Source of the DNA: Candidatus Woesearchaeota archaeon
GTDB taxonomy: Archaea; Nanobdellota; Nanobdellia; Woesearchaeales; UBA9642
Reading direction: 5' to 3'
Assembly (NCBI GenBank): GCA_026002815.1
Contig: BPGB01000011.1
Coordinates: 2,280 to 26,279 of the forward strand
DNA length: 24,000 nucleotides
Positions 9,180 to 17,370 of this stretch are shown in pieces (position 1 is the first letter of the stretch; every line of letters starts with the position of its first letter). The notes under the pieces are model-generated. The model saw only the letters and a program-made list of their open reading frames with translations, did not search any database and was not told the DNA's origin. The position numbers and the translations under genes were made by a program.

Positions 9180-9887
9180 ATGAAAAATGAAGTTTACATA
9201 TACGGTTTAAAGTGTCCTGAAAAGGGTGTTATTAGGTATATCGGCAAAAGCAAAAACCCCAAAGCAAGATACCATACACATTTAAGTCATTCCAAAGCAG
9301 AAAGATATGATAACATTCATCTTTACAGGTGGATTGCTAAACTTTTAAGAAACGAGTTAAAACCTGAATTAATCATATTGGATAGTTGTAGTAACACAGA
9401 TTGGAAGGAGAAAGAGAAAGAATGGATTAATAAATATGGATTAGACAATTTGCTGAATATGAATGAAGGTGGGATTGAACCGCCAGATAATACAGGTTTT
9501 AGATGGTCAGAAGAACAAAAAGCAAATCATTCATCACATAAAAGAAAAGGTAAACCACAATGGACGAATATTCCGCATCCACTTTTAGGCAAAGAACATC
9601 CTGCTAAAGGTCAAAAACGTTCTAAAGAGTTTTGCGAATTAATGAAAAAACAAAGATTAGAAAACAATGGTATGAAAGGTGTAAAACTTTCTAAAGAACG
9701 TATAGAACAGATTAAAGAGGTTAATTCAAAGAGGGTGGCTCTACTTGATGATAACGGAAACATACAAAAAGAATATAATTCTCAATCAGAAGCGGCACAG
9801 GATTTAGGTTTACACCATTCGGCAATAGGGAGAGTTTGTAAAGGAGAATACAAACATACAAAAGGACATAAGTTTAAATGGATATGA
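9180..9887 (+). CDS. GIY-YIG homing endonuclease with NUMOD-type DNA-binding modules
   Basis: 235-aa ORF. It has an N-terminal VYIYGLKCPEKGVIRYIGKSKNPKARYHTH and a downstream WINKYG...LLNMNEGG. It also carries NUMOD3-like segments (GFRWSEEQKANHSSHKRKGK; HPLLGKEHPAKGQKRS) and a NUMOD1/IENR-like C-terminus (VALLDDNGNIQKEYNSQSEAAQDLGLHHSAIGRVCKGEYKHTKGHKFKW). Confidence 0.92.
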   Translation: MKNEVYIYGLKCPEKGVIRYIGKSKNPKARYHTHLSHSKAERYDNIHLYRWIAKLLRNELKPELIILDSCSNTDWKEKEKEWINKYGLDNLLNMNEGGIEPPDNTGFRWSEEQKANHSSHKRKGKPQWTNIPHPLLGKEHPAKGQKRSKEFCELMKKQRLENNGMKGVKLSKERIEQIKEVNSKRVALLDDNGNIQKEYNSQSEAAQDLGLHHSAIGRVCKGEYKHTKGHKFKWI

Positions 9888-10135
9888 ATAGCCCCAAAAC
9901 TTGTAATGTGTGTGGATGGATAAATCAAGATTTAAATCTTTCGGTTCGTGAATGGACTTGCAAAAATGGACATAAATTAGACCGTGATTTAAATGCAGCA
10001 AAGGTCATTCTGAAAGAAGGATTGAAAATAATATCGGGTGGGACGCTCGATAACACGGATGGAGATGGTGTAAGAAGTAGTAATACTCAACTATCTGCGA
10101 AGTCCGAAGCCCATTTGTCTTTAGCAAATGGGTAG
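9878..10135 (+). pseudogene. tnpB: C-terminal remnant of IS200/IS605-family TnpB (zinc-finger and RuvC-III region)
   Basis: Frame contains SPKTCNVCGWINQDLNLSVREWTCKNGHKLDRDLNAAKVIL...SAKSEAHLSLANG*. This matches the TnpB CxxCG...W.C...DRD.NAA signature and typical C-tail. The N-terminal ~300 aa are missing, and the homology starts near 9890. Confidence 0.88.
10110..10132. repeat. right-end subterminal hairpin of the IS200/IS605-like element
   Basis: Perfect 8-bp stem with 7-nt loop: CCCATTTG-TCTTTAG-CAAATGGG. The loop is identical to that of the left-end hairpin. Confidence 0.85.
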
Positions 10136-10156
10136 TTCACTTAAACCTTAAAAACA

Positions 10157-12589
10157 GTGGGGGGTAAATTAAAATACACAAACAATGGTATAGAAAGAAT
10201 CAGTTCTACCAATAGAAAATTCTTTTATCCATATAAAACAATTCAAAATAATAAAGAAAGCCCTGTTAATTTTACTGGATATCTTAAAGGCTCTTCTACA
10301 GTTTCAAATCCATATAATTTAATTCCTTCACATACCATCACTACTACCAACATGGCAGGTCCTATTCTTGCTAATGGACAACTTTTATTACCAAATACCG
10401 GAGATTATTATTTTGAAAAAATTCCTGTAGTAGAAAAAAGACTATTTCAAAAAGGAGGAACAATAGATACACTCTTTGTATCTAATCCCAAGGACTCAAG
10501 GTTAAAGGCTTATAAAGATAGTTTAATGTTGTATAATGCTAGTAAAGAATATGAAGGTAAATTACCTGTAATATCAGTTGAAGCTGTCAGATATATTATG
10601 AGACCCGGACAACCAAACTCTGAATATTATTATAATAAAGTTGCAACTTTACCAAATAATGATCCTATTGGTTATTATGTAGAAAAACCAACTCCATATA
10701 TTACAAATTATTATCCAAAACATGCAAAACCAAAACAACCAGTAGTTTATAAACCTAACCATTTAGAACTTCAAAAACTTTCCACACTTCCATCCAATCC
10801 AATTTTTAACCCCCCTAACCCTCAACCAAAATCCATAATACCCCCAAGAACTAGTATAAACTGGGAAACTGAAAAGAGCAATAGAAAATACTATACAAAA
10901 AGTTTTGACCCAAAATCTGAAATTGAAAAATTATGGAATCCTGTTATTAAAAGAACCAATGAATTAAGATTAAAACATCCCCCTGCTATTACAAAAAAAT
11001 GTGATTCAAGATATAAATATAATGATTGTCCGGTATTTAAAGAAGAAAGAATAAAAAAATTTAAAAACAAATATCAAAGTGGTGGTTATCAGTGGTCAAC
11101 AGAAGACCCAGAGAATTATCGGCAACCATTAATTATTCCAGATGCAGTTGTGATTCCAACTGATGTATTAAAACCTTCTATAAAGGACTATTCAATAACA
11201 CAGGACTATCCAATAACACATAATGAATATCCTCCTATACAACATCCTGGATATATTAAGCAATTACCAAAAGGAAGTCTTCTTAAAAAATTTCTGTTTG
11301 CTCCTCTTGCAACATCATTAGGAGTAAAAGAAGGAAATATTCCAGATATGTTTCTAAGTTTGCCTGCTCATACTGGAGCTGCAGCAATAGAAACAGCAAA
11401 AAATATATCACATCCAATAAGAACTATAAAAACTCTGGGAAAAGCAGGAATAAATTTTATAACAGACTTATCTGGGGAACAAAATCCTTATCCTGGAAGT
11501 ACTTCTAAAGCTCTTGATATTATACTTGATGCATTAGGTACAGTACCATTATCACCAGGACGTCAACTGACAAGTAAATTAATAGAATTACCAAAAAATG
11601 AATTACGTGAACTTGCTTACACAATTGGGACACAATCAGAACATCCATATCGATCTACAGAACAGATAATAAGAGGTATAAAAGATTATAAAGATAACAT
11701 CAAACGAAGATTACACAATGAACCACCAGAATATTATGATCTTAATTACACAGGTGATTACTCAGGACGTGTGGATCTTTTAAAAGCATATTTAAAACAA
11801 GACTATACAGGTCTTACACCATCAAATCTCCCACTTTCTACATATCAAGAACTAATTCAGGGGAAAACTCCATACATGAAATTTAAATTACCATTATATG
11901 ATGATAGCCCAGCAAATTTATTAGAACTTGAAATAAGGACTCCATCAAAAGACCTTAATATTTTTCAACAGCTTAAAACTATAGAAGAAGAAATTAAAAA
12001 AAAGGGAAGATTTGAAGCAGGTGTGGATGTGGGTCTACTTCCACCAGAAACTAAAGCTTATTTAAGTAACTATCGTGCACCAACATCATTTAACATTGCA
12101 GGACATGAAATATTAATAATACCAGGGGGAAAATTAGGACATAAATTAATATTTACTGACCACTGGGGGTTCATAAATGAAGTTAAAAGACCTGGATTTC
12201 CAAAAGGAAATTATATAAGGAAATGGAGGGTGAACAGTAATGATATAGGTAAACCAATTGTACCTGCCTTTCTGCAGCCAAAATTAATGGGAATGATAGG
12301 AAAACCATTTATACTTCAAAATGAGATAGATTTGGCACTTCCAAAAACTGTAGCTGGTAAAAAAAGACTGGCTCAAGATATTGGTGGATTATCTATGTTA
12401 AGAAGAATAGACAAAAGAATATATGACTCGAAAAAAAGTATGGTGCCAGAAAAGGTATTAGGAGAAACCGAAATGGATGTATTAAATTTAATGGACCAAT
12501 TAAGAGACAAAATTAGTAAAACACACTATAATTTCAAACATGGTGGTAAATATACTCGAATATCACCAAAGAAAAATAAGAAAATATAA
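10157..12589 (+). CDS. large phage protein of unknown function (possible virion-associated protein)
   Basis: 810-aa intact ORF with a GTG start, Pro/Tyr/Lys-rich N-terminal half, and a GGKLK...HGGKYTRISPKK character seen in Bacteroidota-phage proteins. It starts 17 nt after the predicted mobile-element end. Confidence 0.75.
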   Translation: MGGKLKYTNNGIERISSTNRKFFYPYKTIQNNKESPVNFTGYLKGSSTVSNPYNLIPSHTITTTNMAGPILANGQLLLPNTGDYYFEKIPVVEKRLFQKGGTIDTLFVSNPKDSRLKAYKDSLMLYNASKEYEGKLPVISVEAVRYIMRPGQPNSEYYYNKVATLPNNDPIGYYVEKPTPYITNYYPKHAKPKQPVVYKPNHLELQKLSTLPSNPIFNPPNPQPKSIIPPRTSINWETEKSNRKYYTKSFDPKSEIEKLWNPVIKRTNELRLKHPPAITKKCDSRYKYNDCPVFKEERIKKFKNKYQSGGYQWSTEDPENYRQPLIIPDAVVIPTDVLKPSIKDYSITQDYPITHNEYPPIQHPGYIKQLPKGSLLKKFLFAPLATSLGVKEGNIPDMFLSLPAHTGAAAIETAKNISHPIRTIKTLGKAGINFITDLSGEQNPYPGSTSKALDIILDALGTVPLSPGRQLTSKLIELPKNELRELAYTIGTQSEHPYRSTEQIIRGIKDYKDNIKRRLHNEPPEYYDLNYTGDYSGRVDLLKAYLKQDYTGLTPSNLPLSTYQELIQGKTPYMKFKLPLYDDSPANLLELEIRTPSKDLNIFQQLKTIEEEIKKKGRFEAGVDVGLLPPETKAYLSNYRAPTSFNIAGHEILIIPGGKLGHKLIFTDHWGFINEVKRPGFPKGNYIRKWRVNSNDIGKPIVPAFLQPKLMGMIGKPFILQNEIDLALPKTVAGKKRLAQDIGGLSMLRRIDKRIYDSKKSMVPEKVLGETEMDVLNLMDQLRDKISKTHYNFKHGGKYTRISPKKNKKI

Positions 12590-12591
12590 AA

Positions 12592-12777
12592 ATGATAAGA
12601 AAAGATGCTTATTGTTTTCTATGTGACCAAAATAAACCAATCAAAGATTTTCCATATTTACTCCAGGAATTAGTGAAGATAACAGGTAATTATGAAAATA
12701 ATTTAGCATGTAGGAAATGCCTTGGTTACAGAAGAAGAAGTTATAGAAAAAAGAAAAGAAAAGAACCAAAATTTTAA
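12592..12777 (+). CDS. small zinc-knuckle-like basic protein
   Basis: 61-aa ORF with CFLC...CRKC and a basic C-terminus (RRRSYRKKKRKEP). Tightly coupled to the upstream gene. Confidence 0.6.
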   Translation: MIRKDAYCFLCDQNKPIKDFPYLLQELVKITGNYENNLACRKCLGYRRRSYRKKKRKEPKF

Positions 12778-12816
12778 AAAATTTTAAAAGATACATAATT
12801 TTTATTGTTAATTATA

Positions 12817-12824
12817 TAACTTTG
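12817..12824 (+). promoter_or_regulatory. weak candidate Bacteroidota-type -7 element upstream of the scaffold/capsid genes
   Basis: TAACTTTG matches TAnnTTTG in the 71-nt intergenic gap, but no well-placed -33 TTTG was seen. Confidence 0.25.
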
Positions 12825-12848
12825 TGTTAGAAACATAACTTATTTATT

Positions 12849-13991
12849 ATGGGAAGACTTATACAACCAGTAGATATACCTACCTTTGATGATGACATCG
12901 AAATACCTAAAAATATTGAATCTGAATCAGAGCCAAAAAAGACATTAAAAACAACTATAGAACCAGTTGACACTCCATCATTTGAAGATGAAGAACCAGT
13001 AAAAAAGAAATCAAATTATCTTAAAGAAGAACTAGAAGAACCAGAAGAGCAGGAAAATGAACATGAAGAAATAGAACAGAATGAACTTTCAGAATCTGAT
13101 ATTGAAGAAGTAAAATCTTTGTTTCAGAAAATGCAAGATATGGGGGTTTTTATAGGTTTACCTGAAGATTTTGAATTTGATGGTACACCTGAAAAACTTG
13201 AAGAAGCATTTCAGATTGACCAGGATACAAGATATGCTCTGGTACAAAAAGATTTGTTGTCAAGGATACAGGACCCAATGTTAAGGGAAGCTATTGATTA
13301 TGGTATTAATGGTGGAACACTTGCAGATTTTGATACCTATCTTCAATTACAAAAAGACCTTTTAAATGCGGAAATTGAAATTAAAAATGAAGAACAGGCA
13401 AAGAATCTTATTATTAAAAAATTACAATCACAAGGAATTAAAGATGATAAAATAATTGAACTCTATCTGGAAGATATAGAGGACACCAAAGGTACATTTA
13501 TGGAAGCTGGAAAAGAAGCTGCTGAATATTTTAAAAAGGAAGTTGAAAAAAGAAAAGAAATGCTTGTACAGCAGGCAAAACAGATTGAAGCTGAAGAAAG
13601 AGCTGTTCAAGAAGAATATGAAAAAGCATTCATAAATGCATTAAAGGAATCTAAAATGAGCCAAAAAGCTCAGGATACCATTCTGTCTATGTTTGACCCT
13701 ATAAGGCTTAAAAATGGTGTTTCATATCCAAGGCATGAGCTTATAAGATATCAGATAGAAGAAAATCCTGCACACTATATACAATTTCTGGATTTTTTGG
13801 CAACCTATGATCCTGAAAAAGGTTTTGATATATCTAAGTTCAAATCACAGGGTAAAACAGAACAGACTAAAAAAATTTATGATATTCTTAAACAATCTGA
13901 AACAAAATCAAAAGGAAGAACTGTAAATTATACAGGTAAAAATAATACTGTTTTCAGAAATCCTGTAGACTCTAATATAATAATTAATTAA
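12849..13991 (+). CDS. putative scaffold/capsid assembly protein
   Basis: 380-aa ORF, very acidic and coiled-coil-rich, directly upstream of the major capsid candidate. Confidence 0.55.
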   Translation: MGRLIQPVDIPTFDDDIEIPKNIESESEPKKTLKTTIEPVDTPSFEDEEPVKKKSNYLKEELEEPEEQENEHEEIEQNELSESDIEEVKSLFQKMQDMGVFIGLPEDFEFDGTPEKLEEAFQIDQDTRYALVQKDLLSRIQDPMLREAIDYGINGGTLADFDTYLQLQKDLLNAEIEIKNEEQAKNLIIKKLQSQGIKDDKIIELYLEDIEDTKGTFMEAGKEAAEYFKKEVEKRKEMLVQQAKQIEAEERAVQEEYEKAFINALKESKMSQKAQDTILSMFDPIRLKNGVSYPRHELIRYQIEENPAHYIQFLDFLATYDPEKGFDISKFKSQGKTEQTKKIYDILKQSETKSKGRTVNYTGKNNTVFRNPVDSNIIIN

Positions 13992-14004
13992 AACTTAAGA
14001 AAAT

Positions 14005-15537
14005 ATGCTTTTTACAATGGGTGGGTTAAAACCCACAACAATTACAGAAGGATGGGGTGGTAATTCAGTTAATTCAACCCACCTTATTAGAACTTATGGA
14101 TTGGATAAACCACATGATTTATCCTACAATGCAACAAATATTGCCCAATTGTTTTCAGCTACAGATAGGTATAAAGACAAACCACTTATTGGTATGACTG
14201 AGGCTAAAGGAAAGAAAATTTATCTTTCCAGTCGTCAGTACACCTGGAAACTTATTGGACATATGAAACAAGCTGCCAGGGTTACTTCTGTTGTAGAAAC
14301 ATCTACAGAACCTGGACGTAATGAACAAACATTTAAAATCCGTTTAGATAAAGGTTGGTTTGATAAACCTGATATTATTCAGGGACAAGCTGCAGGAAAT
14401 AATTTTCCGCTGGAAGTTATATCAAAAACCAGGGTTGGACTTGAATGGGAGTATGAAGTTCAACTTCATGGTTCAGATCCTAATAGGTCATTTCCTGTTG
14501 CTGGTCTTCAGATAAATCAGGAATTTTACAAAGTTGGTACTACTGTAAGGGATGAAAGTAATAATGAGTATGGTACAATGCAATTTAATTCTATCTTTGA
14601 ACTAAGGAACCAGCTTGGTAATGTTGCTGAGAAGATTGAATTTACTGACAAAGCTTTGAGGATTGATAAAAACTCCGGTGAAGTTGTACAGAAATTGAAA
14701 TCATGGAGAGTCCCATTTTTGGATAATAAAGGTAAAAAGTATTATAACTTTATGCCGATGGCTGAAGCTGAAGTTTTTGAAAATATTTATCAGGATATTG
14801 AATGGGCACTTAACTTTGGGCGTAAAGGTCTTAAGATGGATATTGTAAATAATGAAGGTTATGTAAGAACTACTGGCCCTGGTTTCAGACAGCAATCTGA
14901 AGATGGTCATGTTTTGACCCACAATGGAAACCTTACCCTTTCAAGATTGGATGAATTCTTAACTTCTATCTATCGTGGTAGGAAAGATGCAACACCTGCA
15001 AACAGAAAAATTGTTCTTTCAACTGGTGAAATGGGTGCAAAAATGTTCCATGAGATGGTTCTTTCAGATGCAACTTCATTTTTAACTCTTAATGATTCTC
15101 TCTATATTGATGGTAAAGACTTTAGGCACCTTTCTTATGGTGTACAATTTACTCATTACAGGGGGTCAAATGGTCTGGATGTAACAGTAATGCTTGACCC
15201 TTCTAAAGATAATCCAATATATTGTCCACAAACACATCCTGTAATTACTGATGCTTGCATTGACTCATGGAGGATGGATATAATGGATTTTGGCCAGACA
15301 GCACAGAGTTCTGGTGAAACTGGTGATAATATTTCAATGGTATGTGAAAAATTTGCTGATTATTACTTTACTACAGCTGGAAAATGGGACCCAAAGACTG
15401 GAATGCCAATTAATGATGGTTCACATGGAGTATCTGGTGGAGTTTCAGGATATGCAACATATGTAGAAAAATCATTTGGTCTAATGATTCGTGATATTTC
15501 AAGATGTGGTGTAATAAAACTTAATTTTGATAACTAA
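14005..15537 (+). CDS. major capsid protein (putative)
   Basis: 510-aa ORF downstream of the scaffold candidate, with size, position and globular composition consistent with an HK97-type major capsid protein of crAss-like or related phages (GWGGNSVNSTHLIRTYGL...). Confidence 0.7.
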   Translation: MLFTMGGLKPTTITEGWGGNSVNSTHLIRTYGLDKPHDLSYNATNIAQLFSATDRYKDKPLIGMTEAKGKKIYLSSRQYTWKLIGHMKQAARVTSVVETSTEPGRNEQTFKIRLDKGWFDKPDIIQGQAAGNNFPLEVISKTRVGLEWEYEVQLHGSDPNRSFPVAGLQINQEFYKVGTTVRDESNNEYGTMQFNSIFELRNQLGNVAEKIEFTDKALRIDKNSGEVVQKLKSWRVPFLDNKGKKYYNFMPMAEAEVFENIYQDIEWALNFGRKGLKMDIVNNEGYVRTTGPGFRQQSEDGHVLTHNGNLTLSRLDEFLTSIYRGRKDATPANRKIVLSTGEMGAKMFHEMVLSDATSFLTLNDSLYIDGKDFRHLSYGVQFTHYRGSNGLDVTVMLDPSKDNPIYCPQTHPVITDACIDSWRMDIMDFGQTAQSSGETGDNISMVCEKFADYYFTTAGKWDPKTGMPINDGSHGVSGGVSGYATYVEKSFGLMIRDISRCGVIKLNFDN

Positions 15538-15563
15538 GATAAATACTTAATATACACATAAAA

Positions 15564-16631
15564 ATGAAAGTAATATTACAACCAAATCCATATAAGAAAC
15601 CTGTTATTAAATATGATAGGATTACTGATATTAGGAAAGGAAAGGATGGTCTTCTTGAAGAATCCACTATTGAAGAACAGGAACTTACAAGAGCACCTGG
15701 AACAATAGAAGTTCTTTGTGCAAATCCATCAATGTCAAAAGGAGGATTATTGAATACAGGACTTGATAGAATGGTGGAGAATGAATTTGCTGAAGAAAAA
15801 CATTATAGGGATGAACAATTCAGAGCTGTCCTTGAAGGAAAAAAAGAAGCAAAACTCCAACATATTCTTGAATATAAACACGGTAAACCATTTAATTATT
15901 ATACAAATCAGATAGATTATCAAAAGAAATATACTTCAGAAAATCTTCATACTATACCTTTTTTTCAGACTGCAGAATCATTTTTTAAAGTAAAGGATGG
16001 TGCTAATTTTCTTGATACATCTATTCCAAGAGAAGAAATAATTTATTATTATCTTACAGCACCAGGAAGAACTGATGTGTGCACATCTTTTTCTGAACTT
16101 AATGGTAATCACAGATGGTTATTAACTACACAAGAAGAAATTGAAGAAGTTAAATCTTCAAAAAAGAAAGAAAAGAATGCTATTATTGCTAAATTCCAGG
16201 AAATTGAAGATAAAAAAGATGATACACTCCTGAAATTTGCTAAAATACTTAATCTTGCAAGGAGAAATATGTCAAGAGACCAGGCATATACAGCACTTGA
16301 TAATTATCTTAATCAACCAGGGAAAAAAGGTGAACTTGCAAGGGCTGAATTCAATTCAGTGTATAAATTGTGGAATGACAAGACTACAAGAGAAAAGTTC
16401 AATGTAAGAGCACTCATTTGGGATCTTGATTCATACAGAGTAGTATATAGAACTTCAGGTAATTCCAATTATGTATGGCAACCACCAAAAGATGAGAATG
16501 GTATTACTCCAAAACCCATGGAATGGACAAGATACAATGATCTTGTTAAATTCATGTTAGATCCAAAAAATGAACCAGAAGTTTCACTAATGATTAATCA
16601 GTTAGAGATTAAAAAAGGATTTCTTGATTGA
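15564..16631 (+). CDS. phage structural-module protein, function unknown
   Basis: 355-aa ORF immediately downstream of the capsid candidate and coupled to the next gene. Confidence 0.65.
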   Translation: MKVILQPNPYKKPVIKYDRITDIRKGKDGLLEESTIEEQELTRAPGTIEVLCANPSMSKGGLLNTGLDRMVENEFAEEKHYRDEQFRAVLEGKKEAKLQHILEYKHGKPFNYYTNQIDYQKKYTSENLHTIPFFQTAESFFKVKDGANFLDTSIPREEIIYYYLTAPGRTDVCTSFSELNGNHRWLLTTQEEIEEVKSSKKKEKNAIIAKFQEIEDKKDDTLLKFAKILNLARRNMSRDQAYTALDNYLNQPGKKGELARAEFNSVYKLWNDKTTREKFNVRALIWDLDSYRVVYRTSGNSNYVWQPPKDENGITPKPMEWTRYNDLVKFMLDPKNEPEVSLMINQLEIKKGFLD

Positions 16632-17368
16632 CAATTCAACAATTACACTATGAACTTGAACTGGAGGTCAATAAAATTGATTCAAATGACAGAATTGATT
16701 TACTTCCAGCAGAAAAAGATGCCTATCTCAATAGAGCTATATGGATTTGGTTTAAAAACAGATATGGTTCAGAAAAACCAAAAAGAGGTTTTGAAACAGA
16801 TCAGTTAAGAATTTCAAATTTAGCTTCACTTCATATAAAATCCCCGGAACTCCAACCCCCTCTCACCCCAACCCTTTTATCTAATGGAATATATGAAGTT
16901 AAGTTAAATAATCTGGATTACAATTATTTTGTTCTTACAAGAGCCAGAGCTGATATAATAAAAGATAATTGTACAGAAACACAGGTTCAGGTAAAATTGG
17001 TTGAAACAGATGACATGAATGAAATGAGATTTTTAAAACCATCATTTAAATGGAAAAGAATTAATGCAAGATTTGGAAGATCATCTGATAAAAGTGAAAC
17101 TCAATCATTATATCTTGACACAGGAAATGATTTTATAATTTCAAATGTTTATATAGATTACCTTAAACAACCAAATATAGTATTTATTGGAGGATATGAC
17201 AGAACAGCAATAGGACTTGGAAACTCACAAACTCCTGTACAATGTGATATAGATTCCAGTTTCCATTCTGAGATTGTTTCAATAGCAAGACAAGAAGTAG
17301 AAAGAGATCTTTTAAATCAACTTCCACAATTAACAATTAATAAAAATCAATTAGAATCAATTAATTAA
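16628..17368 (+). CDS. putative head-tail connector / adaptor protein
   Basis: 246-aa ORF with a TTG start overlapping the previous TGA. Its N-terminus (LLPAEKDAYLNRAIWIWFKNRYG) and position resemble connector/ring proteins. Confidence 0.5.
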   Translation: MTIQQLHYELELEVNKIDSNDRIDLLPAEKDAYLNRAIWIWFKNRYGSEKPKRGFETDQLRISNLASLHIKSPELQPPLTPTLLSNGIYEVKLNNLDYNYFVLTRARADIIKDNCTETQVQVKLVETDDMNEMRFLKPSFKWKRINARFGRSSDKSETQSLYLDTGNDFIISNVYIDYLKQPNIVFIGGYDRTAIGLGNSQTPVQCDIDSSFHSEIVSIARQEVERDLLNQLPQLTINKNQLESIN

Positions 17369-17370
17369 TT

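Larger units (their letters stand above)
8999..10140 (+). mobile_element. chimeric IS200/IS605-family-derived element carrying a GIY-YIG endonuclease in place of TnpA/TnpB internal sequence
   Basis: The left end has a hairpin and TnpA C-terminal remnant (- strand); the right end has a TnpB C-terminal remnant (+ strand) and a hairpin with the identical loop. Boundaries are inferred from TTAT upstream (8995-8998) and TCAC at 10137-10140 as candidate Y1 cleavage sites. Confidence 0.8.

Noticed and set aside
9180-9887. GIY-YIG gene as part of a group I intron
   Set aside because: No sign of an interrupted gene resuming downstream and no recognisable intron core. The flanks are instead IS200/IS605 ends. 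A covariance-model search would settle this.
9810-10001. Minus-strand 63-aa ORF overlapping the GIY-YIG and TnpB junction
   Set aside because: It lies antisense to two frames with clear family motifs and has no motif of its own.
9878-10135. Functional TnpB RNA-guided nuclease
   Set aside because: Only the C-terminal ~80 aa are present. RuvC-I and RuvC-II regions and the recognition domains are absent, so guided cleavage by this protein is not possible.
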